DNA from: Oscillospiraceae bacterium
GTDB taxonomy: Bacteria; Bacillota; Clostridia; Oscillospirales; JAKOTC01
Length of the DNA: 64,000 nt
Assembly: GCA_035380125.1 (NCBI GenBank)
Contig: DAOSWV010000014.1
Location: forward strand, 1,308-65,307
Direction: 5' to 3'
A program made the translations under genes and the position numbers. Below the pieces are notes generated by a model. That model had not been told where the DNA came from and ran no database searches. It saw only the letters and a program-made list of their open reading frames with translations. Of this stretch, positions 46,144 to 55,355 are shown piece by piece; the stretch's first letter is position 1, and each line of letters opens with the position of its first letter.

Positions 46144-47585
46144 TGTTTTCGAACAGCCTCCCTCTCGATGAATTCTTTTTTCTTAACGCACATTTCGTCA
46201 AAGTGCTTGATATATTCCAGCGGCAGCCGCTGATTAAAAAACCGAATCAAATCGTTTTGCGCACGCACAGCTTTTGTCACGCTGCCTGCTCCGCAGCCGT
46301 AGATGCTGTGCAGTTCATCCATCATGTATATGTTGTAAAGTCCGAAAGAATCCTCTTTGCACCAACCGACGTTTTCGCCGCCCCCGCTGATGTCACGCTG
46401 ACGGTAAAGATAATACGGGGAATAATCCCTATTCAAAAGAATATGCGCACAATGGTCAAGCCCGTGTTCGACAGTCCCGCTTTGAATCAGTTCGTCAGCG
46501 CCGCCCTCTTGTGCCAATTTTGAACCGCGTTTTTTGGCGTAGCTGTGGATAGTAATATTGGCCGGGGACAGCGCTTGAATCCCCATGACGCTCTCGATAA
46601 AACCGTCTTCGGTATCACCCGGCAGTCCGGCGATCAGGTCGACGTTGATATCGGTAAATCCCGCTTTTACGGCGTTTTCGTAAGCGCGGTAAAACTGCTT
46701 AACCGTGTGTTTTCTTCCGATACGTTCAAGTACCGGATCGTGCATCGTCTGGGGATTGATTGAGATACGGGCATTGCAGATGTTGTGCAGAGCGCTAAGC
46801 TTTTCCGCAGTGATCGCATCCGGACGGCCGAGTTCCACGGTTAATTCATGATATCCGGGCGCGTTTTGCACAAGGGTTTCGGTGAGTTCGGAGAGCTGCA
46901 CGGGTGATAAAATCGCAGGGGTGCCGCCGCCGACATAGATTGTGATTATTCTCTGCCCCGCGTTTTTAATATATGCGCAAGTTTGTTTGATCTCAAGATG
47001 CAACAGTTTGAGATATTGCTCAATCTGTTTTTGATCGTAGTGGTCATTGTCCTGTGAGACAAACGAGCAATAGGCACAGCGGCTTGGGCAATATGGGATT
47101 GAGATATATAAACTGCACTCATCATTTTTGGAAACGGCACCGGATTTAGTCCTGTTGTCTCCGACCAAAGCGCATAACCGGGTCTTTTTTTCACTGACGT
47201 AATAGTCGTCAATAAAGACTTGTTCTGCTTTTTCCCGGGAACTCTCAGAAGTCAGACCCATGAACAGTTTCGCCGGCCTGACGCCGGTCAGAATGCCCCA
47301 TAGCGGTTTGCGTCCGGTAAAGCGCATTCCCGCCCGGTAAAAAGCCCTACCGAGTGCAAGATCAAGATCGGGTGCGCACAAGTATTCCGACTGTCGGACC
47401 GATTCGCTGTCGGCCTCGATATGGATTCCGTCTTTGAGTTCAACCGTGATGATCTCATCTGATTTTTGAACGGTCACAGTAATATCCGCTTCGTCTTCAA
47501 AGACAACTTTTTCCCCGATAAAAAATACCTTTGTCAGATTAATTGACTCATACAGAAGCTCCTCGGGAGCGATTACTTTTACCAT
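46140..47585 (-). CDS. hemZ: HemZ-type oxygen-independent coproporphyrinogen dehydrogenase-like radical SAM protein
   Basis: 481 aa with the radical SAM motif CPSRCAYCSF, a HemN-like core and a C-terminal HemN_C-like region. Confidence 0.8.
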   Translation of the reverse strand: MVKVIAPEELLYESINLTKVFFIGEKVVFEDEADITVTVQKSDEIITVELKDGIHIEADSESVRQSEYLCAPDLDLALGRAFYRAGMRFTGRKPLWGILTGVRPAKLFMGLTSESSREKAEQVFIDDYYVSEKKTRLCALVGDNRTKSGAVSKNDECSLYISIPYCPSRCAYCSFVSQDNDHYDQKQIEQYLKLLHLEIKQTCAYIKNAGQRIITIYVGGGTPAILSPVQLSELTETLVQNAPGYHELTVELGRPDAITAEKLSALHNICNARISINPQTMHDPVLERIGRKHTVKQFYRAYENAVKAGFTDINVDLIAGLPGDTEDGFIESVMGIQALSPANITIHSYAKKRGSKLAQEGGADELIQSGTVEHGLDHCAHILLNRDYSPYYLYRQRDISGGGENVGWCKEDSFGLYNIYMMDELHSIYGCGAGSVTKAVRAQNDLIRFFNQRLPLEYIKHFDEMCVKKKEFIEREAVRKQ

Positions 47586-48205
47586 GGCAAATACGGATTA
47601 TTCTTCCGTTCATCTCCGACCGTCGTCGAAGGACCGTGTCCGGGCAGCAAAACGGTGTCGTCCGGCAGCAACATGAGCCGCGACAGTGACTGCATCAGTT
47701 CGTCCAAGCTGCCGCCGCGCAGGTCGGTTCTGCCTGCGCCACCCTGAAAAATCGTATCACCGCAAAAAACCGTTTTCCCATGTTGATAGCAGCAACTGCC
47801 GGGCGAATGCCCGGGCGTGTGCAGAACCTTGATTTTGTCGTCCCCGAACGGCAGTTCGTCTCCGTCGCAAACAATCAGATCGGGAATGTGCTGTTCGGGA
47901 TGGGCGAAAAACCCGAACGGGTAATCTCTGCCCGTCTGGGTTCGAAGCGCCTCTTCATCGCCGACATTGATGACGAGTTTTGCATTCGGAAATTCGGATT
48001 TGAGATCGGAAATTCCGCCGATGTGGTCAAAATGCGCGTGGGTCAGCAAGATATAATCTAATCCGCATTTGTAAAGCGCGACCGCCTCCCGTATATTACG
48101 GGAGGCAATCGCGGGATCGACAACAGCGGTATGCGTACCGTTATTAAAAATATAGGCGTTGGTTCCGAACCCGCCGAGTTCGAGCGTAATAATCTTCGGC
48201 GTCAT
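47579..48205 (-). CDS. MBL-fold metallo-hydrolase (glyoxalase II-like)
   Basis: 208 aa with THAHFDHIGG, HTPGHSPGS and GDT motifs. Confidence 0.85.
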   Translation of the reverse strand: MTPKIITLELGGFGTNAYIFNNGTHTAVVDPAIASRNIREAVALYKCGLDYILLTHAHFDHIGGISDLKSEFPNAKLVINVGDEEALRTQTGRDYPFGFFAHPEQHIPDLIVCDGDELPFGDDKIKVLHTPGHSPGSCCYQHGKTVFCGDTIFQGGAGRTDLRGGSLDELMQSLSRLMLLPDDTVLLPGHGPSTTVGDERKNNPYLPW

Positions 48206-49191
48206 TTTACGCTGATGTATTCTCCGAGAAGGTCGATGCAGTTCTGCACATCATTGAGATCAACCATTGAGATCGGTCCGTGACCGTAGCGCGTCGGAAT
48301 CGAGATGCCGCCGGTCTTTTTACCTTCACCGACCTGATTGATCGCACCCGCGTCGGTGCCGCCGCCGGCCAGCACTTCCATCTGGACTTTGATGTTCTTT
48401 TCGGCTGCGATATCTTTCATCTTTTTAACGATGCCCTTATCGCAAATGACCGACATATCCATCACCTTGATTGCCGCGCCGCCGCCGAGTACCGGATTGC
48501 CTTTTCCGGCAGATTCGGGCGTGTCGAAGCAGCCGCCGATGTCGACCGCGATGCCCTCGTCGGGATCGAGCAGCTGCGCCGCCGTTCTTGCACCGCGTAA
48601 GCCCACTTCTTCCTGGCTGCTGAAGACGTAGTAGACATCGTGGACGGGGTTTTGATATTTTTTCATGCACTCAAGCAGGATATAACAGCCGATACGATTA
48701 TCCAGCGCTTTGGTGCAGATACGATTGTTTGCCATCTCGGTATACGGCGCGTCATAGCAGGCAAAATCGCCGACCGAGAGTAGCTTTTCCGCGTCCTCTT
48801 TGTTGTTTGCACCGATATCGGCATAGAGCTTGGTAAAGTTGCCCTTAACGTCATCATACGCGCAATCGGCTGAAACCGCGCCGACTACGCCATTGGCAAA
48901 CCGGATTCGCTGTCCGATAGTCAGCGGGATCGGAATTCCGCCGACCGCACGCAGTTTTACCATACCGCCGGCGGTGAATGACATCACACAGAAGCCGATC
49001 TCGTCCATATGGGCACTCGGCATGATCTTTTTCGGGGTCTTTGAACTGCCTTTTTTGAGCGCGATGACGCTGCCCAGACCGCCTTCGATAAATTCATCGA
49101 CATAGGGTGCGGCGGTCTTTTTGATAAATTCGGCAATTTCGGTTTCGCTGCCGCTGACACCGAACCGCTGAGTGAGTTCCTTTAAAAGCAT
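48202..49191 (-). CDS. M42 family metallopeptidase (glutamyl aminopeptidase / FrvX-like)
   Basis: 329 aa with HMDEIGF, ALDNRIG, SSQEEVGLRGA and a late GG.TD motif. Confidence 0.85.
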   Translation of the reverse strand: MLLKELTQRFGVSGSETEIAEFIKKTAAPYVDEFIEGGLGSVIALKKGSSKTPKKIMPSAHMDEIGFCVMSFTAGGMVKLRAVGGIPIPLTIGQRIRFANGVVGAVSADCAYDDVKGNFTKLYADIGANNKEDAEKLLSVGDFACYDAPYTEMANNRICTKALDNRIGCYILLECMKKYQNPVHDVYYVFSSQEEVGLRGARTAAQLLDPDEGIAVDIGGCFDTPESAGKGNPVLGGGAAIKVMDMSVICDKGIVKKMKDIAAEKNIKVQMEVLAGGGTDAGAINQVGEGKKTGGISIPTRYGHGPISMVDLNDVQNCIDLLGEYISVK

Positions 49192-49208
49192 GATAATATC
49201 CTCCGTTT

Positions 49209-50504
49209 TTATAATATTCCGTTCAAGTCGCTGTTATAGAGCGCTTTCATCAGGTCGACCATATGGCCGACATCTTCCGCGCCGACATATTCGCGCACCG
49301 CGTGCATTGACAGACAGGGATTTCCGATATCGACTGTGACCACGCCGTATTCCGCCGCAATGCCCGGGCCGATGGTGCCGCCGCCTCGTGCGTCACTGCG
49401 ATTGACTTGAATCTGATAGGGGATTTTATTGCGCTCACACAGCATTTTGAAAACCGCCGAACCCGACGGAGAAGTCGCATAGCTCTGGCGTTCGGTCAAT
49501 TTGAGTACCGGGCCTTTATTTAAAACCACCGGATAGGACGGGTCGTATTTTCCCGCATAAGCCGGGTGCGTGGCATGCGCCATATCGGCGGAAAACACCA
49601 ATGTATGCGCCATTGCGCGATATTTATTTTCCTGACTGACTGCGAATTTCTCGCAGATGCGGTCGATGATCATCTGCATGGTGTTGCTTCTTGCGCCGCG
49701 GGTCGAACCGGAGCCAATCTCCTCATGGTCATAGGCAAACGCGAGACAGGTGTTTTCACTTTCAATGGCTTCACAGAATGCGGTAAACGCCGTAAAAGCC
49801 ATCTCAGCATCGTCGGTGCGGCAAGCCGAGACAAAATCCCCGTCGATGCCGGTGAAGCAGCCGGGCGTACAATCATACGGTGCAAGCTCGAAACTGAGGA
49901 TGTCCTCTTCTTTCACGCCGGCCTGCTCTGCGATGTAACCAATAAAACGTTTCTTTTCCCCGGCCTTGCACAAGAACGGGCAGGTCTCGGTCTGGAGGTT
50001 GAATTTTGCCCCGTCGTTGACCTCGCGCACGACATGGATCGCCGCGCTTGGAATGACCAGAATCGGTTTGTCAATATTGACGTTGACGCAGCGAACGCTG
50101 CCGCCGTCCCTGATACAGACACGTCCGGCGAGTCCCAGAGGTCTGTCCATCCAGCCGTGAACAATCAGGCCGCCGTATCCCTCGACAGAAAGGCGTTCAT
50201 ATCCGCCGTCAAGCGTCGAGCCGCCCGGTTTGACCCGGAAACCCGGTGAATCGTGATGAGCAGCGATAATTCGCAGTCCCGTCTCTTCAATCGGTTTTGT
50301 TCCGATTTTAAAGGCCGCGATCTGCGTGCCGTCCTTGATGATATAATACGCTTTTCCGCGTTCTAAATTCCATGCTTCACCGTCTTTGATCTGCTGCGCG
50401 CCGGCTTTATCGAGCATCGATTTCAACAGGTCAACCGATTGAAACGGCGTCGGCGCATGATCGAGATAATCGAGCAGTTTTTTGGCATATTTTTTCTTGT
50501 CCAT
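49209..50504 (-). CDS. M18 family aminopeptidase
   Basis: It shows LDYLDHAPTPFQ, AAHHDSPGFRVKP, DHEEIGS and MH motifs. I chose the ATG at 50504 (MDKKKYAK) because an AAGGAAAG SD precedes it. Confidence 0.85.
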   Translation of the reverse strand: MDKKKYAKKLLDYLDHAPTPFQSVDLLKSMLDKAGAQQIKDGEAWNLERGKAYYIIKDGTQIAAFKIGTKPIEETGLRIIAAHHDSPGFRVKPGGSTLDGGYERLSVEGYGGLIVHGWMDRPLGLAGRVCIRDGGSVRCVNVNIDKPILVIPSAAIHVVREVNDGAKFNLQTETCPFLCKAGEKKRFIGYIAEQAGVKEEDILSFELAPYDCTPGCFTGIDGDFVSACRTDDAEMAFTAFTAFCEAIESENTCLAFAYDHEEIGSGSTRGARSNTMQMIIDRICEKFAVSQENKYRAMAHTLVFSADMAHATHPAYAGKYDPSYPVVLNKGPVLKLTERQSYATSPSGSAVFKMLCERNKIPYQIQVNRSDARGGGTIGPGIAAEYGVVTVDIGNPCLSMHAVREYVGAEDVGHMVDLMKALYNSDLNGIL

Positions 50505-50560
50505 TTCGTTTGCTTTCCTTTCAAAAACTTGTTTTATGATACCATTTACACAATATTCTG

Positions 50561-51280
50561 TCAACCTATCCGAGGGTTTGGGGGGGAAGTGTCAAACGCT
50601 TCTTCAATTTTTTGCCGCAGAATCTTTGCTTCACCGCAATCGACGTTTGCGGCGCGGATTTCACGCGGGGTGAAACAGTTGATATCGGCGGCAATCCGGG
50701 CGGGTGCTTTTGTGAGCACAATTGTTCTGTCACCGAGCAGCCAAGCCTCCGAAAAGCTGTGCGTGACCGCAATGACGGTTTTGGGCTCGTCTTTCCAGAG
50801 TTTTAAAAATAACCTGATCAATTCATCTTTAGTCTTCATATCCTGTCCGTTAAACGGCTCGTCCATCAGCAACAGATCGCAGGGTACGGCAAACGCCCGC
50901 GCAATTGCCGCACGCTGACGCATCCCGCCGGAAAGCTGTATAGGGAAATAATTCATAAACTTCTCAAGCCCGACGGCGGTCAGATATTTTTCCGCCCGTT
51001 CGCGTTTTTCGGATTTCGAAAGCGTATCGGGCAATGCAATCATAATATTCTGACGAATCCGTTTCCATGGCAGCAGCCGGGGTTCTTGAAAAATATAACT
51101 GATGTTTGCTGTCGATTGAATTTTTCCACCGTCAAGACCTGCAACCGCATTTAATAATGTTGTCTTGCCGCAGCCCGACGGACCCATGATACAGTTGATC
51201 TTCCCATCATAAAACTCGACTGAAAAATCGTCAAACACCGCAAGGTCTCCGAATTTTTTCGTATATCTTTCGATGTGCAA
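50561..51280 (-). CDS. ABC transporter ATP-binding protein (NitT/TauT family)
   Basis: 239 aa with Walker A GPSGCGKTT, signature LSGGMRQRAAIARA and Walker B LLMDEPF. Confidence 0.9.
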   Translation of the reverse strand: MHIERYTKKFGDLAVFDDFSVEFYDGKINCIMGPSGCGKTTLLNAVAGLDGGKIQSTANISYIFQEPRLLPWKRIRQNIMIALPDTLSKSEKRERAEKYLTAVGLEKFMNYFPIQLSGGMRQRAAIARAFAVPCDLLLMDEPFNGQDMKTKDELIRLFLKLWKDEPKTVIAVTHSFSEAWLLGDRTIVLTKAPARIAADINCFTPREIRAANVDCGEAKILRQKIEEAFDTSPPNPRIG

Positions 51281-51297
51281 AAAGCTGCCCCCTTTCT

Positions 51298-52050
51298 TTA
51301 ATATCTGTTGCGAAGCGCTTTTTCAACCATTCCTAACAACCGGTCAATCAAATACCCCATCGCGATCACCAGTACCGTCCAAGCCAGCAGTTTATCGGTT
51401 GACAGCGTAACTCGCGCCGTCTGCATCTGCGCACCGACCGAAAGCACGGGTTGAACGACCAATTCCGTCACTACCACGGCTTTTAATCCGATCCCCGCTG
51501 CGGTTTTAACAGCTGCGACCACATAAGGCGCAATTGAGGGCAGATAAATGCCGAACAGACGCTTTGAAAGTGAAAATTTATAGACCCTGCCCATCTCAAT
51601 CAAACGGCGGTCTATTCCTTTCACGCCTGCCGCACTGTTTTCACACACCGAGGGAAACGCTGCTAAAAATACCGCAAATGAGGGTACCAACGGCGCGTTT
51701 AACCAAACCAATGCAAGCAGAATCACCGCCACAATTGGGATGGACTTGATCACCGTAAACAACGGCGCCATGAATGCGCCAAACCGGACATAAGCCGCTG
51801 AGAGCGACCCCAACAGCATGCCTAAAACGATCGCCGGAATCAAACCGAGCAGCCATCTTCCCAGTGTTGCCGACAAAACCCCCGCGTCATTTTCGGCAAA
51901 AAGCCCCGCCAGCGCCGAGAGCACGGCGGCCGGACGGGGCAGTATATAGGTGTTGTCCAATAAAGTTGCAGCGATTTGCCAGACGGCAATGAAAGTCACG
52001 CCGCCGAGAATTTGCCAAAGTACAAGTCTTTTTTTATTCGAATGTGGCAA
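51298..52050 (-). CDS. ABC transporter permease (NitT/TauT family)
   Basis: 250 aa with about 6 TM segments and the EAA-like loop of binding-protein-dependent permeases. Confidence 0.88.
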   Translation of the reverse strand: MPHSNKKRLVLWQILGGVTFIAVWQIAATLLDNTYILPRPAAVLSALAGLFAENDAGVLSATLGRWLLGLIPAIVLGMLLGSLSAAYVRFGAFMAPLFTVIKSIPIVAVILLALVWLNAPLVPSFAVFLAAFPSVCENSAAGVKGIDRRLIEMGRVYKFSLSKRLFGIYLPSIAPYVVAAVKTAAGIGLKAVVVTELVVQPVLSVGAQMQTARVTLSTDKLLAWTVLVIAMGYLIDRLLGMVEKALRNRY

Positions 52051-53029
52051 AGAACGCTTCAGACGGCATCACACCTCCGATATCATCCGGCGAGAAACCG
52101 AGGATGATATTGAAATAATTGTCGATATCGGCTCTGGCTTCCGTCGTGGTTTCGAAGAAGATATTGCAGCGCGGTGTGCCGTTGATGATTGCTACCGCAG
52201 GCAGGGTCACACCATGTTTTTCAGCCAACACGGCCAGTTCGTTGACATTGGTCGTATATTGGGCCGAAGCCTGTTGCGCTGTGATAAATTCGGACATGAC
52301 CTCAGGATTCGCGTCAGCAAAAGAGCCCTTAACAACAATGGCGCTCATCGGGATGTAGGGTTCACCTTCAGTGACTTCAGCCCAAACCTGCTGCATGTCG
52401 ACAACCACTTTTACAGCACTGTTTTTATCCAGAATATTTGAAACAAACGGCTCGGGCATCAGTGCAAGCGTTGTCTGACCAGAGATAACCGAAGCCGCAA
52501 GATCGGCATGCGATGTCAGTGTATAGTCAATCGTAACTTTTTTAGTCAGTCCGGCTTCCTCAAGCGCATATCTTAAAATTACATCGGGAGTTGCGCCCTG
52601 CGCAGAGACAGCAATCGTCTTGCCCGACAGGTCGTCGATGCTCTGAATCGAATCATCGGTGCTAATGATGTACATATTACCCCACGTGCAAATACCGACC
52701 AAACGGTAATCCGTGCCTTGATTAAAAAGGTTCGCTGCGGTGTTCAACGGCAGACAAGCGATATCATATGTTCCTTTTGCCAGTTCCGCGACCATTGCGT
52801 CCGGCGCAGAGAGCAATTCATATTCGGCTTCCATGCTGTCTAATTTTGTGCCGTCATCCCACATTTTCAAAAAAGACAATGCGGTCGGGCCCTGCAGTGC
52901 GGCGATTTTAACTGTTTCTGTCACATCCGACGCCACAGACGAAGGTACAGAAGATGCGGCTTGAGCGGAACAACCCACAGTCACCAACAAAACCAATGCA
53001 AAAACCAATGAGAAAATTTTTCTTGTCAT
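52034..53029 (-). CDS. ABC substrate-binding lipoprotein (NMT1/THI5-like)
   Basis: 331 aa with lipobox TVGCS. It is first in the SBP-permease-ATPase gene order and overlaps the permease gene by 17 nt. Confidence 0.8.
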   Translation of the reverse strand: MTRKIFSLVFALVLLVTVGCSAQAASSVPSSVASDVTETVKIAALQGPTALSFLKMWDDGTKLDSMEAEYELLSAPDAMVAELAKGTYDIACLPLNTAANLFNQGTDYRLVGICTWGNMYIISTDDSIQSIDDLSGKTIAVSAQGATPDVILRYALEEAGLTKKVTIDYTLTSHADLAASVISGQTTLALMPEPFVSNILDKNSAVKVVVDMQQVWAEVTEGEPYIPMSAIVVKGSFADANPEVMSEFITAQQASAQYTTNVNELAVLAEKHGVTLPAVAIINGTPRCNIFFETTTEARADIDNYFNIILGFSPDDIGGVMPSEAFFATFE

Positions 53030-53095
53030 TTTACTTTTTTTACTCCCTATTTATAAAATGCTTCGGCTTCCCTGCTCTTCGGTTAGCCGGTTTCT

Positions 53096-53124
53096 ATTCT
53101 ACACCGCGAAAGTTCCAATGTCAA
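53096..53124 (-). promoter_or_regulatory. Sigma-70-type promoter candidate for the NitT/TauT-type ABC operon
   Basis: Read on the minus strand: TTGACA, a 17-nt spacer, then TAGAAT. The leader to the ATG is about 60 nt. Confidence 0.5.
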
Positions 53125-53148
53125 TATAATATACTTAAATGGTATGAT

Positions 53149-55341
53149 TTAAATTCTCTTCGCCCACAACACACCCGGAATAGTTGAAAGCTTTGAAACA
53201 AGCCCTCTCAGCTGTTGATTGCTACCGACTCGTACGACAACTTCGTACTCGTCACCCTTATCGCTTTTACCCGTCAATAAAATGCCCTCTGTGAATAGAT
53301 TTTCCGAAGCAAGCAATTGGGAAATCGTGTTAAACAGGTTGGCGTTGGGCATTGTCATCAGCGAGAGTACGGCCTTGTAAACTTCACCTTCTTTGGTCGC
53401 CCATGATGAATGGAGCCATCGGCCGGGTTCCTTGTCGATGTTTTTAATTACGTTGTTGCAGTTGCGGCGATGTACGGCAACGCCTCCGCCCCTTGTGACG
53501 AATCCGATGATGTCGTCGCCCGGAACCGGATTGCAGCACTTGGCGAACTTGACCAAACAGTTGTCAAATCCCTCGACAATGACGCCACCGTTGCTATGAG
53601 TGACTTTTGCCGGAGGCGCTGCCGGTTTGATTGTGTCGACGTCGGGTGCGTTGTACCTGGCACAATCTTCACGCAGTTTCGGCAGCAGCTTTGAGATTAA
53701 AATACCGCCGTAACCGATCGAGGCAAAAAAGTCCTCTTCGTGCAAAAAATGATTTCGTCGTGCGGTATCGGCTAATATAGACTGATATTGTTCGGAAGTC
53801 AGCCTCGGATTAATTCGGCGTACCTCGCGTTCGAAATCATCACGGCCTGCGGTGATGTTTTCGTCGCGGCGCTCCCGCTTGAACCACTGGCGGATTTTGT
53901 TGCGGGCTTCGCTGGTCTTGGCAGCCTTGAGCCAGTCACGGCTGGGACCGTGTCCCTGCGCCGAAGTTGTCAGGATTTCGATAACCGTGCCGGAAGTGAG
54001 TTGTGAATCAATCGGTGTGATTTTACCGTTGACCTTTGCACCTACCATACGGTTGCCGACCGCGGAATGGATGGCATAAGCAAAATCAATAATCGTTGCA
54101 CCCCACGGCAGTACCCGGACCTCACCTTTCGGCGTAAAAACAAACACATCGTCGTCAGTTAACTCAGCCTTGATGGAATTGCGCAGATCTTCTTCGCCGT
54201 CGGCCTCGTCCTTAGCCTCAAGCATCTCGCGCAGCCACTTGACACGTTGCTCAAATCGGGCATTTTTGGCGTCTTTATCTTCGATGCCGACTTTATATTT
54301 CCAGTGCGCGGCGATGCCGTATTCGGCCTCCTGATGCATCTCGAAAGTACGAATCTGCACTTCAAACGGAATGCCTCGGTTGCTGATAACGGTGGTGTGA
54401 ATTGAGCGGTAACCGTTATTTTTCGGCAAAGAGATAAAATCCTTGAACCGATCGGGAATCGGTTTAAATGTATCGTGAATGATACCCAATGCCATATAGC
54501 ACTCGTTGATGGCATTGACGATGATGCGCACCGCAAAGGTATCGTAGATATCGCGGTTTTCGATGAATATTTTCCGATAAATTCCGCACATGCTCTTGAC
54601 ACGTCCGTCAACCCGGTAATCGAATCCGCAGTCTTTAAAGCTCTCGCTAATCTGCTGCTTGATGGAATCGAGAAAGTCCGACTGCTCACGGGTATCCATG
54701 GCGATTTTTGCCTCAATTTCACCGCATCCGATCGGATCGAGACAACGGATTGCATGGTCTTCCAATTCGTTTTTCAACGCATGCATGCCGAGGCGATGCG
54801 CAATCGGCGCATAGATTTCCATCGTCTCGAGAGCGGTGTCGCGCTGCTTTTCCTCGGGACGGTATTTGAGCGTACGCATATTGTGCAGTCGGTCGGCCAA
54901 TTTGATGAGCATGACACGGATGTCGTGGCTCATCGCAAGCAGCATTTTTCGGATATTTTCCGACTGCAATTCATCTTTTGAGGTATATTTAATATTACCC
55001 AGTTTTGATACGCCGTCGACCAGATCAGCTACGACTTTCCCGAATTTTTCGGTGATCGTCTTGCGGCTGACGCCGCAGTCTTCCATCACATCGTGTAAAA
55101 GCGCTGCGCAGATGGTTTCGCAGTCCATGCCCAAATCCTCGAGCAGAATACGTGCAACAGCAACCGGATGGGAGATATACGGCTCACCCGAAGAACGTTT
55201 TTGTCCTGCATGGCTCGCGGAGGCAAGCTCAAAAGCCTGTTCGACTTTCTTGCATTCGGCAGGCGTGAATACAGCCTCGAGTTCCGCTTTTATCGGGGCA
55301 AAATAAGTCTCATATTCAACTGTCCTGCTCTCGTCGCTCAC
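53149..55341 (-). CDS. relA: Bifunctional (p)ppGpp synthetase/hydrolase Rel
   Basis: 730 aa with an HD hydrolase domain (HDVMED), a RelA/SpoT synthetase core (YRSIHT), and TGS and ACT-like C-terminal domains. Confidence 0.96.
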   Translation of the reverse strand: MSDESRTVEYETYFAPIKAELEAVFTPAECKKVEQAFELASASHAGQKRSSGEPYISHPVAVARILLEDLGMDCETICAALLHDVMEDCGVSRKTITEKFGKVVADLVDGVSKLGNIKYTSKDELQSENIRKMLLAMSHDIRVMLIKLADRLHNMRTLKYRPEEKQRDTALETMEIYAPIAHRLGMHALKNELEDHAIRCLDPIGCGEIEAKIAMDTREQSDFLDSIKQQISESFKDCGFDYRVDGRVKSMCGIYRKIFIENRDIYDTFAVRIIVNAINECYMALGIIHDTFKPIPDRFKDFISLPKNNGYRSIHTTVISNRGIPFEVQIRTFEMHQEAEYGIAAHWKYKVGIEDKDAKNARFEQRVKWLREMLEAKDEADGEEDLRNSIKAELTDDDVFVFTPKGEVRVLPWGATIIDFAYAIHSAVGNRMVGAKVNGKITPIDSQLTSGTVIEILTTSAQGHGPSRDWLKAAKTSEARNKIRQWFKRERRDENITAGRDDFEREVRRINPRLTSEQYQSILADTARRNHFLHEEDFFASIGYGGILISKLLPKLREDCARYNAPDVDTIKPAAPPAKVTHSNGGVIVEGFDNCLVKFAKCCNPVPGDDIIGFVTRGGGVAVHRRNCNNVIKNIDKEPGRWLHSSWATKEGEVYKAVLSLMTMPNANLFNTISQLLASENLFTEGILLTGKSDKGDEYEVVVRVGSNQQLRGLVSKLSTIPGVLWAKRI

Positions 55342-55355
55342 ACAAATCTCCTTCT

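Noticed and set aside
53030-53148. I looked for a TPP or other riboswitch in front of the NMT1/THI5-like ABC operon, as seen in ThiXYZ-type HMP transporters.
   Set aside because: The promoter candidate leaves a leader of only about 60 nt. I could not find the conserved CUGAGA / ACCUGAUCUGGAUAAUGCCAGCG-type THI-box elements. Substrate specificity is therefore left open.
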